Positions 47,618 through 61,709 of a stretch of 64,000 nt of DNA are shown here, piece by piece. The notes under the pieces were generated by a model that worked only from the letters and a program-made list of their open reading frames with translations, had not been told where the DNA came from and made no database searches. The DNA is from Eledone cirrhosa (Eukaryota). The stretch's first letter is position 1. Every line of letters starts with the position of its first letter. The stretch lies in NCBI GenBank assembly GCA_964016885.1, contig OZ024741.1:310496001-310560000 (forward strand). The letters run 5' to 3'. The position numbers and the translations under genes are program-made.

Positions 47618-50600
47618 TTTCTTTATTTGCTACAAGGGCGCACAAGAAAAGGGGACAATACAAAGTCACATGCCGGGGATTTTACATACAGTCGTGTAAA
47701 AATATTGAAACAAACAATTATAACAATCGAAATCCTCAATAGGGGGAAGCGCCACAAATGGGGTGTTTAATACCCCGTCGATAGAACAACCCTCAACTTC
47801 AGGAGCATGTTGTGCAAGTGCTCCTTTCTTACTTTTGCTCTCTTATTTAACCTACAGGCTTATAAACAGAGAAGGCCCAATTCCTCGGGCCATTTTCGCT
47901 TCATTCACTCACCTTTCAGTAAATTTACTGGGGTGTAGTGCCTCTCTCTCCACCCTGATTCTCCTTCTAAAGTGATACTTAAAGAAGGGAATCAATTGCT
48001 GTCCGGAGAGAAAGGCATCTGCCCTCAGTCCTCTCAATCTCGTCCACGATATAACCTCTTTCACCATAGCCACTGTACAGAGGAAAACCGCCTCTCTTTC
48101 GTTTTTGAAAGAGACTAGCGGTTTGATCCTTACTATGGACTCGGCAGTCAACTGGAATTGTCCCATACGCGACAGCAGTTGTTCTGCATAGTTCCACAGG
48201 TCGGTTACGCCCGGGCAGTGTACAATTGCGTGCAAGACGGTTTCAATGTCCTGCTCGCACCTTGGACACGTCCTCTTGGAATGATCCCTGCCGGGGCGTC
48301 CGTGCCTGTAGATCTTATCTCGAACGGGTAGAGCTCCACGGTAGCACTGCCAGGCCAGGGACCTCTGAAAGTTGTCCATAGGTCCCGGTCGGAAAGTCCT
48401 ACCGAACAGACTGGTGAGCTCGTCGTCTTCGACGCTTAGAGTCTCCCCCAGCACGTCGTCGCACTTATAAAGTACTAAACCTCTATAGAATGTCGAAGTG
48501 GAGTCTCCACTGATTGCTGTGCCCGCTTGACAGAGGACTCTGAGCGCCTGGGTGCATTCAATATGCCAGGCGCCCATCTTCTTCTGTTTTCGCTTGACCC
48601 AGGACTGCAGCTCCGTCAGCGAGACAAGTTGTGGGAAGGCCTGTCTCATAAACAGTGACCACACCGGTTGGTCGGTGAGGAATATCTGGAGATGCCGTAG
48701 CCTCAGCGCATGTTTGCGCATCATTAGACACGGCATGCCCGGACCTCCGTTGGAAGGGTGCTGGCTGCAGACGGATTTCTTCACCAGTGGAGCCTGCTTC
48801 TTCCAAAGAAATTGGAAGAGCATGCATTCCATCTTGGTGAGGTGTTCACGGGGACTAGGCACGACGCTCAAGCGGTAGTAGATGACTGATGCTATGAAAG
48901 TGTTAGCCACCTCCGCTCGACCTTTCAAGTATAGTTTTCACTCTGCCCACTTCTGGGTGAGCGCAAACACCTTGGCCGTGATCTCGTTCCAGTTTTTCTC
49001 CATCTGGAGGTCTGAATTCAACCAGACCCCGAGCAATTTCACCGGTCCGTCCGTCCATCGTCCAACGACGCTGTCGGACAGCATTTTTTTTGCCTCTCCC
49101 ACGTTCCGAGTTGCAAACCGACAGACTTGTCCGGGTTCAGTCTTGCTCCTGTGAACCTTTCGTATTCCTGTAATAGGTTGCCGATTACCTAGCTTTCCGA
49201 GGTTTTCCACACCATTACCGTCACGTTGTCGCCATAAGCCGACGCCGCTATCCGCAGACCCGATTCTAAAGGGATGCCCTGCAACAGATCCAATTCCGCA
49301 GTAGTGGCTCTAGAGTCAATACGTACAGAATGGGGGAGAGAGGTCATCCCTGCCGAATGGAACGCGTAATTGCGAACGGCTCCGATAGGTAGCCGTTCAC
49401 CTTGACCTTCGAGCAGATGCTGGTGTGCATCGCCTTGATCCAGCCTCTAAAATCGCGACCGAAACCGGCAGCCTTGAAAACCGCTTCCAAGTATCGATGG
49501 TCGACCATATCGAATGCCTTAGACTGATCTAAATTGATCAGAGATCCACCGAAGCCGGGTTTACAACCAACCCTCTTTATGATGTATCGTATGAGGTGGA
49601 GGTTGTTGTGTATTGACCTGGTCGGGATTGCACACCTTTGCGCTTTCCCTACCAGGTTTTCGACGACAAGCACCAGCCTCGCTGCTAGCACCTTGGCCAA
49701 AATCTTTAACTCTGTGTTGAGCAGAATAATGGGCCTGAAATTGTTTATTTCGGCCCCCTTGTCCTCGTCTTTCCTGATCAGCATTACTACGCCCTTGCCT
49801 GCAGAACTGGGAATTTTCCCGTTCTGCTGCCAATTGCAGTAGACTGCTTCGAGGATGCCAGAGAACAAGTCCGGCATGCCTTTATAAAATTTCTAGGGTA
49901 GCCCATCTAGACCGGGTGATTTGCGTTTCCCGCAGCGGCTCCGAGCGTCCCGTATCTCAGTGTCTGTGATCGGTCTTTCGCAGAACTCGGCGTACATGCT
50001 CGAGAGACGCGGCAGGCCGTCGAGGTATGAACCAATGTCCATTGCCCCGTTCGGCGCACCGTCGTTCTGCTCAAACAGTCGCGCAAAGTGCCGCTGAAAG
50101 GCCGCGCACATTTTCTTGGGTCAAGTAGCACGCGTCCGTTTTGGTCTTTCAAATCGTGAACTTGTTGCCACTTTTCGCCTCCGTCACTCGGGCCCAGCTG
50201 ACAGCTTTTGCTCCTTCGTTTCCTAGACCTAGAGCACGTGATTTACTCCTGACCACGCAGCCCTTGTGTTTCGCGTCGAAGAACTGGTCCAGTGCCGTTC
50301 TCGATGCTAGCACTCTAGCTGCGTTGCCACTCCCAGGCCCCTCCTCTACCTTGGCTAGTAGTTCTGTATCTATTTTGTTTTACTCTAAAGCTAATTCTTT
50401 GCTAAACTCTATCGATTCTACTCTAATTGCTCTCTTGAGAGAGTACCACCATGTATTGTTGACGTAGGCTCCCTCTAACTGTTGCTTAACCAATCTACTT
50501 ATCCGTTCACTGTAAGCTTTACGTGCCGGCAACGACACGTTCAGCTTCCAGTATCCGGGTCCTTGTCTATGTATTCTATCACGATTGACTATGCAGACGA

Positions 50601-52602
50601 CTAGTTTGTGCTCTGAATAGGCAACCATGTGCATTTGTGGACAGCTTAACATTTTCTTGTCCCACTCTCTAATGAAGAACCTATCTAAATACGATCCAGA
50701 TGTCCCGATGCGGTTTGCCCACGGCTACTGACTGTGGTGAGGTCGGGAAATCCAGTCCATACTTATCGGCCAGTAGGAATTGGCCGATTAAATTTTTGAA
50801 GCTGTTGCACCCCCCTCTACTGGGATATGATCCTACATAGTCCCATCGTGCATCTAGGATAGCATTCCAGTCCCCACTAAAAGCAAGGAGCGAGATGTTC
50901 CCAGAAAAGACTCTAGACGCTTAAATCTGGTCGTGATTGCCCAGTCGGGGCATAAACGGCTACCAGTCGAAAGCTCCACCTCCAACACTGTTCACGTCTA
51001 TGACTACCAGTCTACCCTCCTGGTCCAAATGTACTTGCTCTACTTCGAGGTCCAGGTTTTTCCGAAACATGACAGCTACTCCCCCTCCACCTACTGACTG
51101 ACAGAGAGATGCATAGATCTCATAGTCATTGAAGATGGAGGTCACCTGCTGCCTGTTGTGGATCCTGGACTCGGTGATGGCTATCACATCCATATTGTGT
51201 GACTTAAGGTCGTTTAAAAGTTGGCCCTGTTTCCAGGGCATCCCTAGGCCACGCACATTCACACTTCCAACTTGTAAATTAGCCATTTTGGTGGAGAAGA
51301 GTTGGCCAAAAAAGGTCGAAAAGATGCACTTACCTTTTCGTTTCATGGAGATCGGGTTGTTCGATCTCCATTTGGGTGCTGGAGGGGTGTTGGGTGGGGA
51401 AACATTTTAACAGGGCGCGGTTGATGAATTTCTGGCAGGGGTTGCCCACATCCTGCGAAAATTCATTCTTCAGGTCACTATAGGTCTCCACAGAAATTCT
51501 TATAAGTTTAAGGTGTGGAGATGAATCCGCCTTCACAAAAGTTTTACTCTCGGTTTCCACCTTGGGGTTTTTGGAGATGACCTCCATTAAATTCTTGTTG
51601 TTGGTGTTGACGTATACGTATCGTCTGTGTTTTTGTTGTGTTGTTTCTGTTTGTTGTTCGTTCGGGAGTTTTCTTTTTATGGTGGGTGCTTGTGTTTGGG
51701 ATGGTGTTGGTTTTGCTGGTAGAGGGGTGTTTGACTGTGGCGTTGTTTGTGTCTGTAGTTGTGTGTTAGTGTTGGTGATTGGTGTTGGTGATTGGAGTTT
51801 TGGGGGTTTTGTGGTGTCTCTTTATTTTTTTTGATTTCCGAGGCTCTTCTTTTTCTTCACTTAAAGAAAGAGAAACAGCCTCATATGTTTGTGAATAATC
51901 ATCGTCAGAGGTGTGGGGTAGGGGTATGTTGTGTGGTGATGGTGTTTCGGTGTGTGTGTTTGTGGTAGTGTTTGATGGAGTGGGATGAGGTGGGGCTGTG
52001 TTCTTGAGGGGTGTTGTCTGTGTTTTTTCTGTTGTTGGTTGAGTGGCTGTTTGTTTTGGTATGTTTGCTCGTTTCGTCCTTTGTTGTACTTGTGGTGGTA
52101 GTTGTTCTGATAGTGTTGGTAATAGTGTCTTTTTAATGATGTTGTGGTGTGTTTGTGAAGGACAGGAGGCCTTTAGGTGTGCTGTGCTACCACAGCGGAA
52201 GCAATGAAGTTTTCGACCCTCCACCGTAATGTTTATTTTGTTGTTGTTGTGGATGACGACTTTTTCGGGTATTATGGAGATTCTATTCGGCCTCATTTGA
52301 ATCAGAATCTCCAAATCAGTACCCGCCCACCTTTGTCTAATAGACTTTCGTATCGAAAGAATCATATCAGTCTCTGGCTCTACGAAGCCAGACAACATTC
52401 ACCAGATGTTAATCTTGGGTGGTATATTTTTTATTTTTATTTTTTGTGTCCTTTTTTCCATGTACGTAGGGAAAAAGATGAATGCTTTTGACACCATTGG
52501 TGTCACAGAAAGATTTTGGGCGAGTGCCTCGCTTTTAAACAGTACGGAAACACTTCCGTACCGTTTTCCTCGTTGGAGAAAGTCAATATTTGCTAGAATC
52601 TC
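47618..52602 (-). mobile_element. Tx1-like element G1 (3'UTR, ORF2, 3' part of ORF1)
   Basis: 3' end GCCCTTGTAGCAAATAAAGAAA followed by TATC repeats; ORF2 47852-51286 in fragments; ORF1 knuckle CFRCGSTAHLKASC. Confidence 0.92.
47852..51286 (-). pseudogene. G1 ORF2 APE-RT-CCHC, multiply disrupted
   Basis: MANLQVGSVNVRGL, KSPGLDGLP, NFRPIILLN, LDQSKAFD, CPRCEQDIETVLHAIVHC. Confidence 0.9.
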
Positions 52603-54813
52603 TAAGGTCGTTTAAAAGTTGGCGCTGATTCCAGGGCATCCCTAGGCCACGCACATTCACGGTTCCAACTCGTAAACTAGCCATGTTGGTGAAGAAAAGT
52701 TGGAGAAAAAGGACGAAAGGTGCACTCACCTTTTCGTTTCCTGGAGATCGGCTTGTTCAATCTCCATTTGGGTGCTGGATGGAGTGTTGGGTGGAGTGGG
52801 GAACATTTTAACAGGACGCGGTTGATGGGTTTGTAGCAGGGGTTGCCCTCGTCCTGTGAAAATTTAATTTTTAGGTCATTATAGGTTTCCATAGAAACCC
52901 TTATAAGTTTAAGGTGTGGAGACGATTCTGCCTTGACGAAAGTTTTGCCCTCCGTCTCCACCTTGGGGTTTTGGGAGAACACCTCCATCAAACTCTTGTT
53001 GTTTGTGTTGATGTATGCGTATTGTTGTTTGTGTTTTTGTTGTGTTGTTTTAGTTTTTTGTTCGTCCGGGAGTTTTCTTTTTATGGTGGCTGCTTGTGTT
53101 TGGGGTGGTGTTGGTGCTGGTTTTGCTGATAGGGGGATGTTTGACTGTGGTGTTGTTTGTGTTGTTGTTTGTGTCTGTGGTTGTGTTGGTGTTGGTGATT
53201 GGAGTTTTGTGGGTTTTGATGTATCTCTTTTTTTGTTTTTTAGATTTCCGCGGTTATCCCTCTTATTTACTTAAATAAGGAGAAGCAGCTTTATCCATCG
53301 ATGAATAATCATCGTCAGGTGTGTGGGGTAAGGGTATGTTGTGTGGTAGTGGTGTTACGGTGTGTGTGTTTGTGGTAGTGTTTGATGGAGTGGGATGGAG
53401 TGGGGATGTGTTCTTCAGGCTGTGTTCTTGGCTCTGTTTTTTGTGTTGTTGTTGGTTGAGTGTCTGTTTGTTTTGGTGTGGTTGCTCGTGTCGTCTGTCG
53501 TTGTACTAGTGGTGGTGGTGGTTGTTTTGGTGTTGGTGTTGGTAATAGCGTTTTTTTTTATGATGTTGTTGTTGTGTGTTTGTGGACAAGAGGCTTTTAG
53601 GTGTGCTGTGCTACCACAGCAAAAACAATGAAATTTTAGTTCTTCTACCGAAATGTTTATTTTGTTGTTATTATCGATAACGACTCTTTCGGGTATTTTG
53701 GAGATTGTCTCCGGTTTCATTTGCAACAGAATCTCCAAATCTGTGCCCGCCCACCTTTGTCGAATAGATTTTCGTATCGAAAGTATCATATCAGTTTCTG
53801 GCTCTACGAAGTCAGCCAAGAACCACCAGATGTTAATGTTTGGAGATATGTTTTTATTTTTATTTTTTGTGTCCTTTTTCCCATGTATGTAGGGAAAAAG
53901 GTGTATGCTTTTGACACCATTGGTGTCACAGAGTTTTTTGGGGCGAGTACCTCGCTTTTAAATAGTACGGAAACACTTCGCTGGAGAAAATCGACATTTG
54001 CTAGAATTTCCCTGAAAGTATCTTCTATATCTGCTTGGTTAAAATATGTCGGCTTTCTTGTGGAATTTGACACAGTCCGAAAAGTGACTGATATGCGGAT
54101 TGTGTCTCCCTTTATTTCAAGGGGTGAGTTAATTCTAAACCCACCTCTTTCTTCGAAAGTTACAAATTTTCTCCCTTGCTGGAGCATATCTCTTGCGTTG
54201 GAGATATCAAGATTTATACAATCTTGTTTTTTTGTTCACTGTTTCAGCGAAAGACATTTTCTTTTTTTGTGTGGTGTTGCTGTTGTTGTTGTTGTTATCG
54301 TTGTTGGAAATCTCAGTTCCTTGTCGAGGTGAAACATTATGTGTATATGTATCTGTAGAGTTGTTGATGTCTTTTTCATGTGTATGTATGTTAATGGGTT
54401 TAAATCCTGTATTTTCCTGTGTGTTATTGTTATTTTTCTCCGCTTCGACGGTAGAAATTTTAAAATTTTCAAGTGTGAATATATTGTTCTCTTTGGTGAC
54501 ACTTTTATCTATGGCGACGTCCATAGTAGCAGAAGCAGATATAACGTTAATATCTGCCTCTTTCTCTCTCTTTTGTCTATTAACGTTCTCCAGCGTTCTT
54601 GTGTTGCTCAAGTTATTTAGTTTATAAAATCTGATATTTTAAAACAAATTTTTAAAATAAAATTTTCGCCCCTACAGGGGCGAAACATGGGATTACCACC
54701 CAGCTGACAATTCAGCTTGGGGTTAATCTACAAAATGATATGTTTTTTCAAACAATTAGTTCGGTTTTTTGCATAGAAATAAAAAAAAGCTTACCGGCGA
54801 TGTTCCACACGTC
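52603..54813 (-). mobile_element. Tx1-like element G2 (5'UTR, ORF1, first ~27 codons of ORF2) fused to G1
   Basis: ORF1 fragments 52726-54611 similar to G1 ORF1; ORF2 start breaks off at ~52603; 5' end abuts GATA spacer 54815-54827. Confidence 0.88.
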
Positions 54814-54827
54814 AGATAGAAAGATAG

Positions 54828-56409
54828 CTTTCTTTATTAGCCACAAGGGCGGAACAAGAAAGGGGACAATACAAAGACATGCCGGGGATTTTACATACAG
54901 TCGTGTAAAAAATATAAAAACAAACAATTTCAACAATCGAAATCCCCAATAGGGGGGAGGCGCCACAAATGGGTTGTTTAATACCCCGTCGATAGAACAA
55001 CCCTCAACTCGAGGAGCGTGTTGTGCAAGTGCTCCTTTCTTCCTTTTGCTCTCTTCCTCAACCTACAGGCTTATAAACAGAGAAGGCCCAATCACTCGGG
55101 CCATTTTCGCTTTATTCACCCACCTTTCAGTAAATTTACTGGGGTGCAGTGCCTCTCTCTCCACCCTGATTCTCCTTCTAAAGTGATACTTAAAGAAGGG
55201 AATCAATTGTTGTCCCGAGAGAAAGGCATCTGTCCTCAGTCCTCTCAACCTCGTCCACCATATAACTTCTTTCACCATAGCCACCGTACAGAGGAAAACC
55301 GCCTCTCTTTCGTTTTTGAAAGAGGCTGGCGGTTTGATACTTACTATGGACTCGAAAGTCAACTGGATGTGTCTCATACGCGACAGCAGTTGTTCTGCAT
55401 AGTTCCACAGGTCGGTTACGCCCGGGCAGTGTACAATTGCGTGCAGGACTGTTTCAATGTCCGGCGCGCATCTTGGACACGTCCTCTTTGAAGGATCCCT
55501 GCCGGGGTGTCCATGCCTGTAGGTCTTGTCACGAACCGGTAGAGCTCCTCGGTAGCACGCCAGGCCAGGGACCTCTGGAAGTTGTCCATAGGTCCCGGGC
55601 GGAAAGTCCTACCAAACAGACTGGTGAGCTCATCGTCTTCGACGCCCAGAGTCTCTCCGAGCACGTTGTCGCCCTTGTAACGTACAATCCCTCTATAGAA
55701 TGTCGAAGTGGAGTCTCCACTGATTGCTGCGCCCGCTTGCCAGAGGACTGTGAGCGCCTGAGCGCATTCAATGTGCCAGGCGCCCATCGTTTTCGCTCTT
55801 TTCTTCACCCAGAACTGCAGCTCCGTTAGCGAGACGAGCTGTGGGAAAGCCTGTCTCACAAACGGTGCCCACACCGGTTGGGGGTCGGTGAGGAATACCT
55901 GGAGTTGCCACAGCCTCAGCGCATGTTTGCGCATCATCAGCCACGGCATTCCCAGCCCTCCGTTGGAAGGGTGCTGACAGCAGACGGATCTCCTCACCAG
56001 CGGAGCCGGATTCTTCCACAGAAACTGGAAGAGCATGCGTTCCATCTTGGCGAGGTGTTCACGGGAACAAGGCACGACAGTCAAGCGGTAGTAGATGACG
56101 GACGCTATGAAAGTGTTCGCCACCTCCGCTCGACCTTTCAAGGACAGTTTGCACTCTGTCCACTTCTGGGTGAGTGCAAACACCTTGGCCGTGACCTCGT
56201 TCCAGTTTTTCTGCACCTGGAGGTCTGGACAGAACCAGACCCCGACTAATTTCACCGGTCCGTCCGTCCAGCGTCCAACGACGCTGTCGGACGTCATCGG
56301 TTTGCCACTCCACGTACCTAGTTGCCAACCGACAGACTTATCCGGCTTTAGTTTTGCTCCCGTCAGCGTTTCGTATTCTTTCAGTAAGTTGCCGATCACC
56401 CCGATTTCC
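54828..56409 (-). mobile_element. Tx1-like element G3, 5'-truncated
   Basis: ORFs 55416..56453 and 55063..55377; GATA repeats 56410-56436 at the truncation point. Confidence 0.92.
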
Positions 56410-56451
56410 GATAGATAGATAGAATAGATAGATAGACAAATGAATAGAAAC

Positions 56452-58521
56452 ATTTCTTTATTAGCCTCAAGGGCACAGATACAAATGGGGAGTTTACATA
56501 CAGGTATATGAAAATAAAACTATTAATACAATAACAAATAATAATTGAAATCCCCAATAGGGGGGAGGGGTTACACAGTGGTTTTACACCCCGAAGAGTG
56601 AGAAATCCCTTCCTCTCTTCCTCTTTTTCCTCAACCTACAGGCTTATATAGAGAGAAGGCCCAACTACTCGGGCCATCTTTGCCACATTCACCCACCTTT
56701 TATAAAATTTGCTAGCGTACAACACCTCTCTCTCCATCCTGATTCTTCTTCCAAAATGATATTTGAAAAAACGAATCGGTTGCTAGCGGGAGAGAAAGGT
56801 GTCTGACCTCAACCCTTTTAACCTCGTCCACCATATAACCTCTTTCACCATAACCATAATACATAGGAAAACTGCCTCTCCCTCGTTTTTGAAGGAGGGT
56901 GGCGGTTTGATCATGACAATGGACTCGGTGGTCAACTGGATTGGTCCCACCCGCGACAATAGTCGGTAACGCCCGAGAAGTGTACAAATGCGTGTGCGAC
57001 GGTTTCATCGTCGCGCACGCATCTCGGACAGATCTTTTTCTAAGGGTCCCTACCCGGGCGCCCGTGTCTGTAGAGCTTGTCTCGAACTGGTAGAGCTCCT
57101 CGGTAGCACTGCCAGGCCAGGGACTTTTGGAAGTTGTCCATTGGTCCCGAGCGGAAGGTCCTACCGAACAGACTGGCCAGTTCGTCCTCCTCTATGCCTA
57201 GAGTTTCTCCAAGCGTGTCTCCGCACTTGCTGCGGACCAACCCTCTATACAATGTCGAAGTGGAGTGTCCACTGATCGCCGGGTCCGTTTGCCAGAGGAC
57301 TATGAGCGCCTGAGCACATTCGATGTGCCAATCGCCCATTTTCCTCGGTCTTTGCTTGACCCTGGACTGCAGCTCGGTCAGCGAGACGAGTCGTGGGAAG
57401 GCTCGCCTCACGAACGGCGCCCACACCGGTTGTCTGGTGAGGAATACGTGGAGGTGCCGCAGCCTGAGCGCGTGTTTGCGCATCGTCAGCCACGGCAGCC
57501 CCAGCCCTCCGTTTGAAAGGTGTTGGCAGCAGATGGATCTTCTCACCAAAGGAGCCCGCTTCTGGAGGTCCGGACCAAACCAGACCCCGAGCAGCTTTAC
57601 CGGTCCTTCCGTCCAACGTCCGACGACGTCATCGGAAGGCATCGGTTTGCCTCTCCATGATCTGAGTTGCAAACCGACGGATTTTACCCGGTTCAGCTTC
57701 GCTCCTGTGAACCTTTTGTATTCCTCCAGTAAGGTGCCGATCTCCCTGATTTGCGAGGGTCTCGAGACCAATAGTGTTACGTCGTCGGCGTAGGCCGACG
57801 CCGCTTTCCGCAGTTCCGGTTCCAAAGGGTTGCCCTGCAATAGCTCCAACTTCCGCAGTAGTGGCTCGAGAGTCAGTACGTACAGAAGGAAGGAGAGAGG
57901 GCATCCCCGTCGGATGGATCGCGTGATATGGAACGGCTCCGAGAGGTAGCCGTTCACCTTGACCCTTGAGCAGATGTTGCTGTTGTGCATTGCAGCAATC
58001 CAGCCCCTGAACACGGGTCCGAAGCCTGCCGCCTCGAGCACCGCGTCCAGGTAACGATGGTAAACCCTATCGAAAGCCTTAGACTGATCTAAGTTGATCA
58101 GGGCCCCACCGAAGCCGGGTTTACACCCTACCCTCTCTATGATGTATCGCATGAGGTGGAGGTTGTCGTGTATGGACCTGGTCGGGATTGCGCATGTCTG
58201 CGCTTCTCAACCAGGTTTTCGACGACAAGCGCCAGCCTCTTTGCCAAAACCTTGGCCAAAATCTGTAACTCTGTGTTGAGCAGAATTATGGGCCGGAAGT
58301 TGCCTATGTCATCCCCCTTGTTCTCGTCCTTCCTGACTAACGTGATTACGCACGTGATCACAGAACTGGGAATTCTCCCGTTCTGCTGCCAGTTGCAGTA
58401 GACCGCTTCCAGGAGACCGGAGAACAAGCCTGGCATTGCTACGTAAAATTCGTAGGGTAGAACGTCGACAGCTGGAGATTTGCGTTTACCGCATTGGGTC
58501 AGCGCGTCCCCTATCTCAGCG
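56452..58521 (-). mobile_element. Tx1-like element G4, 5'-truncated with internal deletions
   Basis: ORF 57040..58152 with LDQSKAFD, YADD; in-frame deletion at GPDLQ|KRAPL; GATA 58522-58549. Confidence 0.92.
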
Positions 58522-58667
58522 GATGGATAGATAGATAGGTAGATAGATATCTTTCTTTATTTGCCACAGGGGCGTACAAAAATAGGGACATTACAAGACG
58601 TGACGGCGGGGGTTTTACATAAAAATAACTTTAACATTAATAAATAACAATAAACTATATATAATTA

Positions 58668-61600
58668 AGTGCAGAACGGTTTCGATGTCCTGCACGCATC
58701 TTGGACAGGCCCTTTTGGCACGATCTCTGCCAGGGCGTCCGTGCCTGTAGATTTTGTCTCGAACTGGTTGAACTCCTCGGTAGCACTGCCAAGCCAGAGA
58801 ACTCTGGGAGTTATCCATAGGCCCTGGACGGAAAGTCATCCCAAACATACTGGTCAATTCGTCCTCCTTGATGCCTAGAGTTTCCCCGAGAACGTCGTCG
58901 CACTTATCCTCCACTAATCCCCTATAGAATGTCGACATGGAGTCTCTGCTGATTGGCGTTTCCGCTTTGTAGAGGGATGTGCGCGCCTGTAGGCACTCGA
59001 GGTGCCAGGCACCCATTTCCGGTCTTCGCTTGACCCAGGACTGCAGCTCTGTTAGTGAGACGAGTTGTGGAAGAGCTTGTCTCACAAAGGAGAGCCACAC
59101 CGGTTTACCGGTCAGGAATACCCGGAGATGGCGTAGCCTCAGCGCGTGTTTGCGTATCATCAGCCACGGTTCCCGAGCCCTCCGTTCGAAGGGTGTTGAC
59201 AGCAGATGGATCTCCTCATCAATGGAGCTTGTTTCTTCCAGAAGAACTTGAAGAGTAGGCGTTCCATTTTGGTAAGGTATTCGCGGGGGCAAGGCTCGAC
59301 TGTCAAGCGGTAGTAGATGACGGACGCTAAGTAAGTGTTCGCCACCTCCGCTCGACCTTTCAAGGAGAGTTTGCACTCAGCCCACTTCTGGGTGAGTGCA
59401 AACACCTTCGCCGTGACCTCGTTCCAGTTCTTGTCCACCTAGAAGTCTGGACCGAACCAGAACCCGAGCAATTTCACCGGTCCTTCCGTCCAGCGTCCAA
59501 CGACACTGTCCGAAGGCATGTGTTTGCCTCTCCATGTGCCGAGTTGCAAACCGACAGACTTGTTTGGGTTTAGTCTTGCTCCTGTCAACGTTTCGTATTT
59601 CTGTAATAGTTTGCCGATTACTCGGTTTTCCGAGGTTTTCGACACCATTACGGTTATGTCGTCGGCATAGGCTGATCGGGATGTCCTGCAACAACTCCAA
59701 TTTCCGCAGTAACGGCTCGAGAGTCAGTACGTACAGAGAGCATCCCTGACGGATGGAACACATGATTTGGAATGGCTCTGATAGGTAGCCATTCACCTTG
59801 ACTGCCGAGCAGATGCTGGTGTGCATGGCAGCGATCCAGCCTCTGAAGACGGGACCGAAGCCAGCCGCCTTGAGAATATCTCCAAGTATTGATGGTCGAC
59901 CCTATCAAATAATTTAGACTGATATAATTGATCAGAGCCCCACCAAAGCTATGTTTACACCCTACCCTATTTATGATGTATCGCATGAGGTGGAGGTTGT
60001 TGTGTATGGACCTGGTTGGGATTTCACACGTTTGGGTTTCCCCTACCAGGTTTCGACGACAAGCGCCAGCCTTGCTGCTAACACCTTGGCCCAAATCTTT
60101 AACTCTGTGTTGAGCAGAGTTATGGGCCTGAAATTGTTCTCATCTTTCCTGATCAGCGTTACTACGCCTCTGCCTACAGAACTGGGAATCCTCCCGTTCT
60201 GCTGCCAGTTGCATTAGACCGCTTCGAGGATGCCAGAGAACAAATCTGGCATGCCTATGTAAAACTCATAGGGTAGACCATCTAAACCGAGTGATTTGCG
60301 TTTCCCGCAGCGGTCCAGAGCATCTTTTATTTCGCCCGCTGTGATCGGCCTTTCGCAGCTCTCCGCATCCGTGCTCGAGAGTTGCGGTACGCCGTCGAGG
60401 TAGGAGCTGAAGTCCATCACCTTGCTCGATGTACCGCTTTGCCTGAACAGTTGGGCAAAATGCTGCTGGAAGGCCGCGCACATCTGCTTGGATTCAAGTA
60501 TAATGCGTCCATCTTTGTCTTGCAAAGACCGAATTGTGGGTTTGTTGCCACTTTTCGACTCTGCCACTCGGGCCCAGCTAACAGCTTTGGCTCCCTAGTT
60601 TCCTAGAGCACGTGTTCTACTTCTGACAATACAACCTTCGTGTTTCACGTTGAAGAACTGGTCTAATGCCGTTCTCGCCGCTCGCACGTCAGCTGTACTG
60701 CCATTCCTAAGAGCCTCTTCTATTTTAGCTACTAGTTCCTCTTCAGTTTTGATTTTTTATAAAGCTACTTCCTGGCTAAATGCTATCGATTCTATTCTAA
60801 TTGCTCTCTTGAGAGAGCTCCACCACCTGTTATTGACGATCGCCCCCGTCAACTGGCACTTAACTAAAGTGCTAATCCGTTTACTGTAGGCCTTACGCGC
60901 CGGGAGCGACATGTTTAGCTTCCTGTATCCGGGTCCCTGTCTATATGTTCTATCAAGGTTCACTACGCAGGAGACTAATTTGTGGTCTGAATAGGCAACC
61001 ATTTGCATTTGTGGACAGCTTAATGTTTCCTTATCATTCTGTCTAATCAAAAATCTATCTAAATACTAAATACGATCTAGAAGATCCAGTGCGGTTGCTC
61101 CACGTCCACAGTGGTGCACTTGGGAAATATAGTCGATATCTATCAGCCAGTTGGAATTGGCTGATGACATTTTTGAGGCTATTACACCCCCCTCTATTAT
61201 CACAAGCTCCTACATAGTCCAAACGTGCGTCTAAGATGCCATTCCAGTCCCCCGCTAACACTAAGGAGCGAGACGTTCCCAGGAATGGCTCCAGACGCTT
61301 CAAGGATTCTGGTCGCGATGTCCCAGTCGGGGCATATACGGCCACCAGTCTGAAAGCTCCACCTTCACTACCATTCACGTCCAGGACCACCAGGCTGCCC
61401 TCCGGGTCCAAGTGAATCGTCTGTATTTTGAGATCCAAGTTTTTTCGAAACAGAACAGCAACTCCCCCTCCACCCCCTGGCTGACAGAGAGATGCGTAGA
61501 TCTCAAAATCATCGAACATGGGGCTTAGCTGCTGCTTGTTGTGAATTCTAGACTCGCTGATGGCTATCACATCTATACAATGTGACCTGAGATCATTTAA

Positions 61601-61669
61601 AAGCTGGCCCTGATTCCAGGACATGCCCAGGCCACGTACATTCAAACACCCAGCTTGTATAGTCGCCAT
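58668..61669 (-). pseudogene. G5 ORF2 APE-RT, disrupted
   Basis: MATIQAGCLNVRGL, GDWN, YSDH, LDGLPYE, CPRCVQDIETVLH. Confidence 0.9.
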
Positions 61670-61709
61670 GTTGGTGAAGAAGAGTTAAGGAGAGAAAAGG
61701 CAGGAACAC

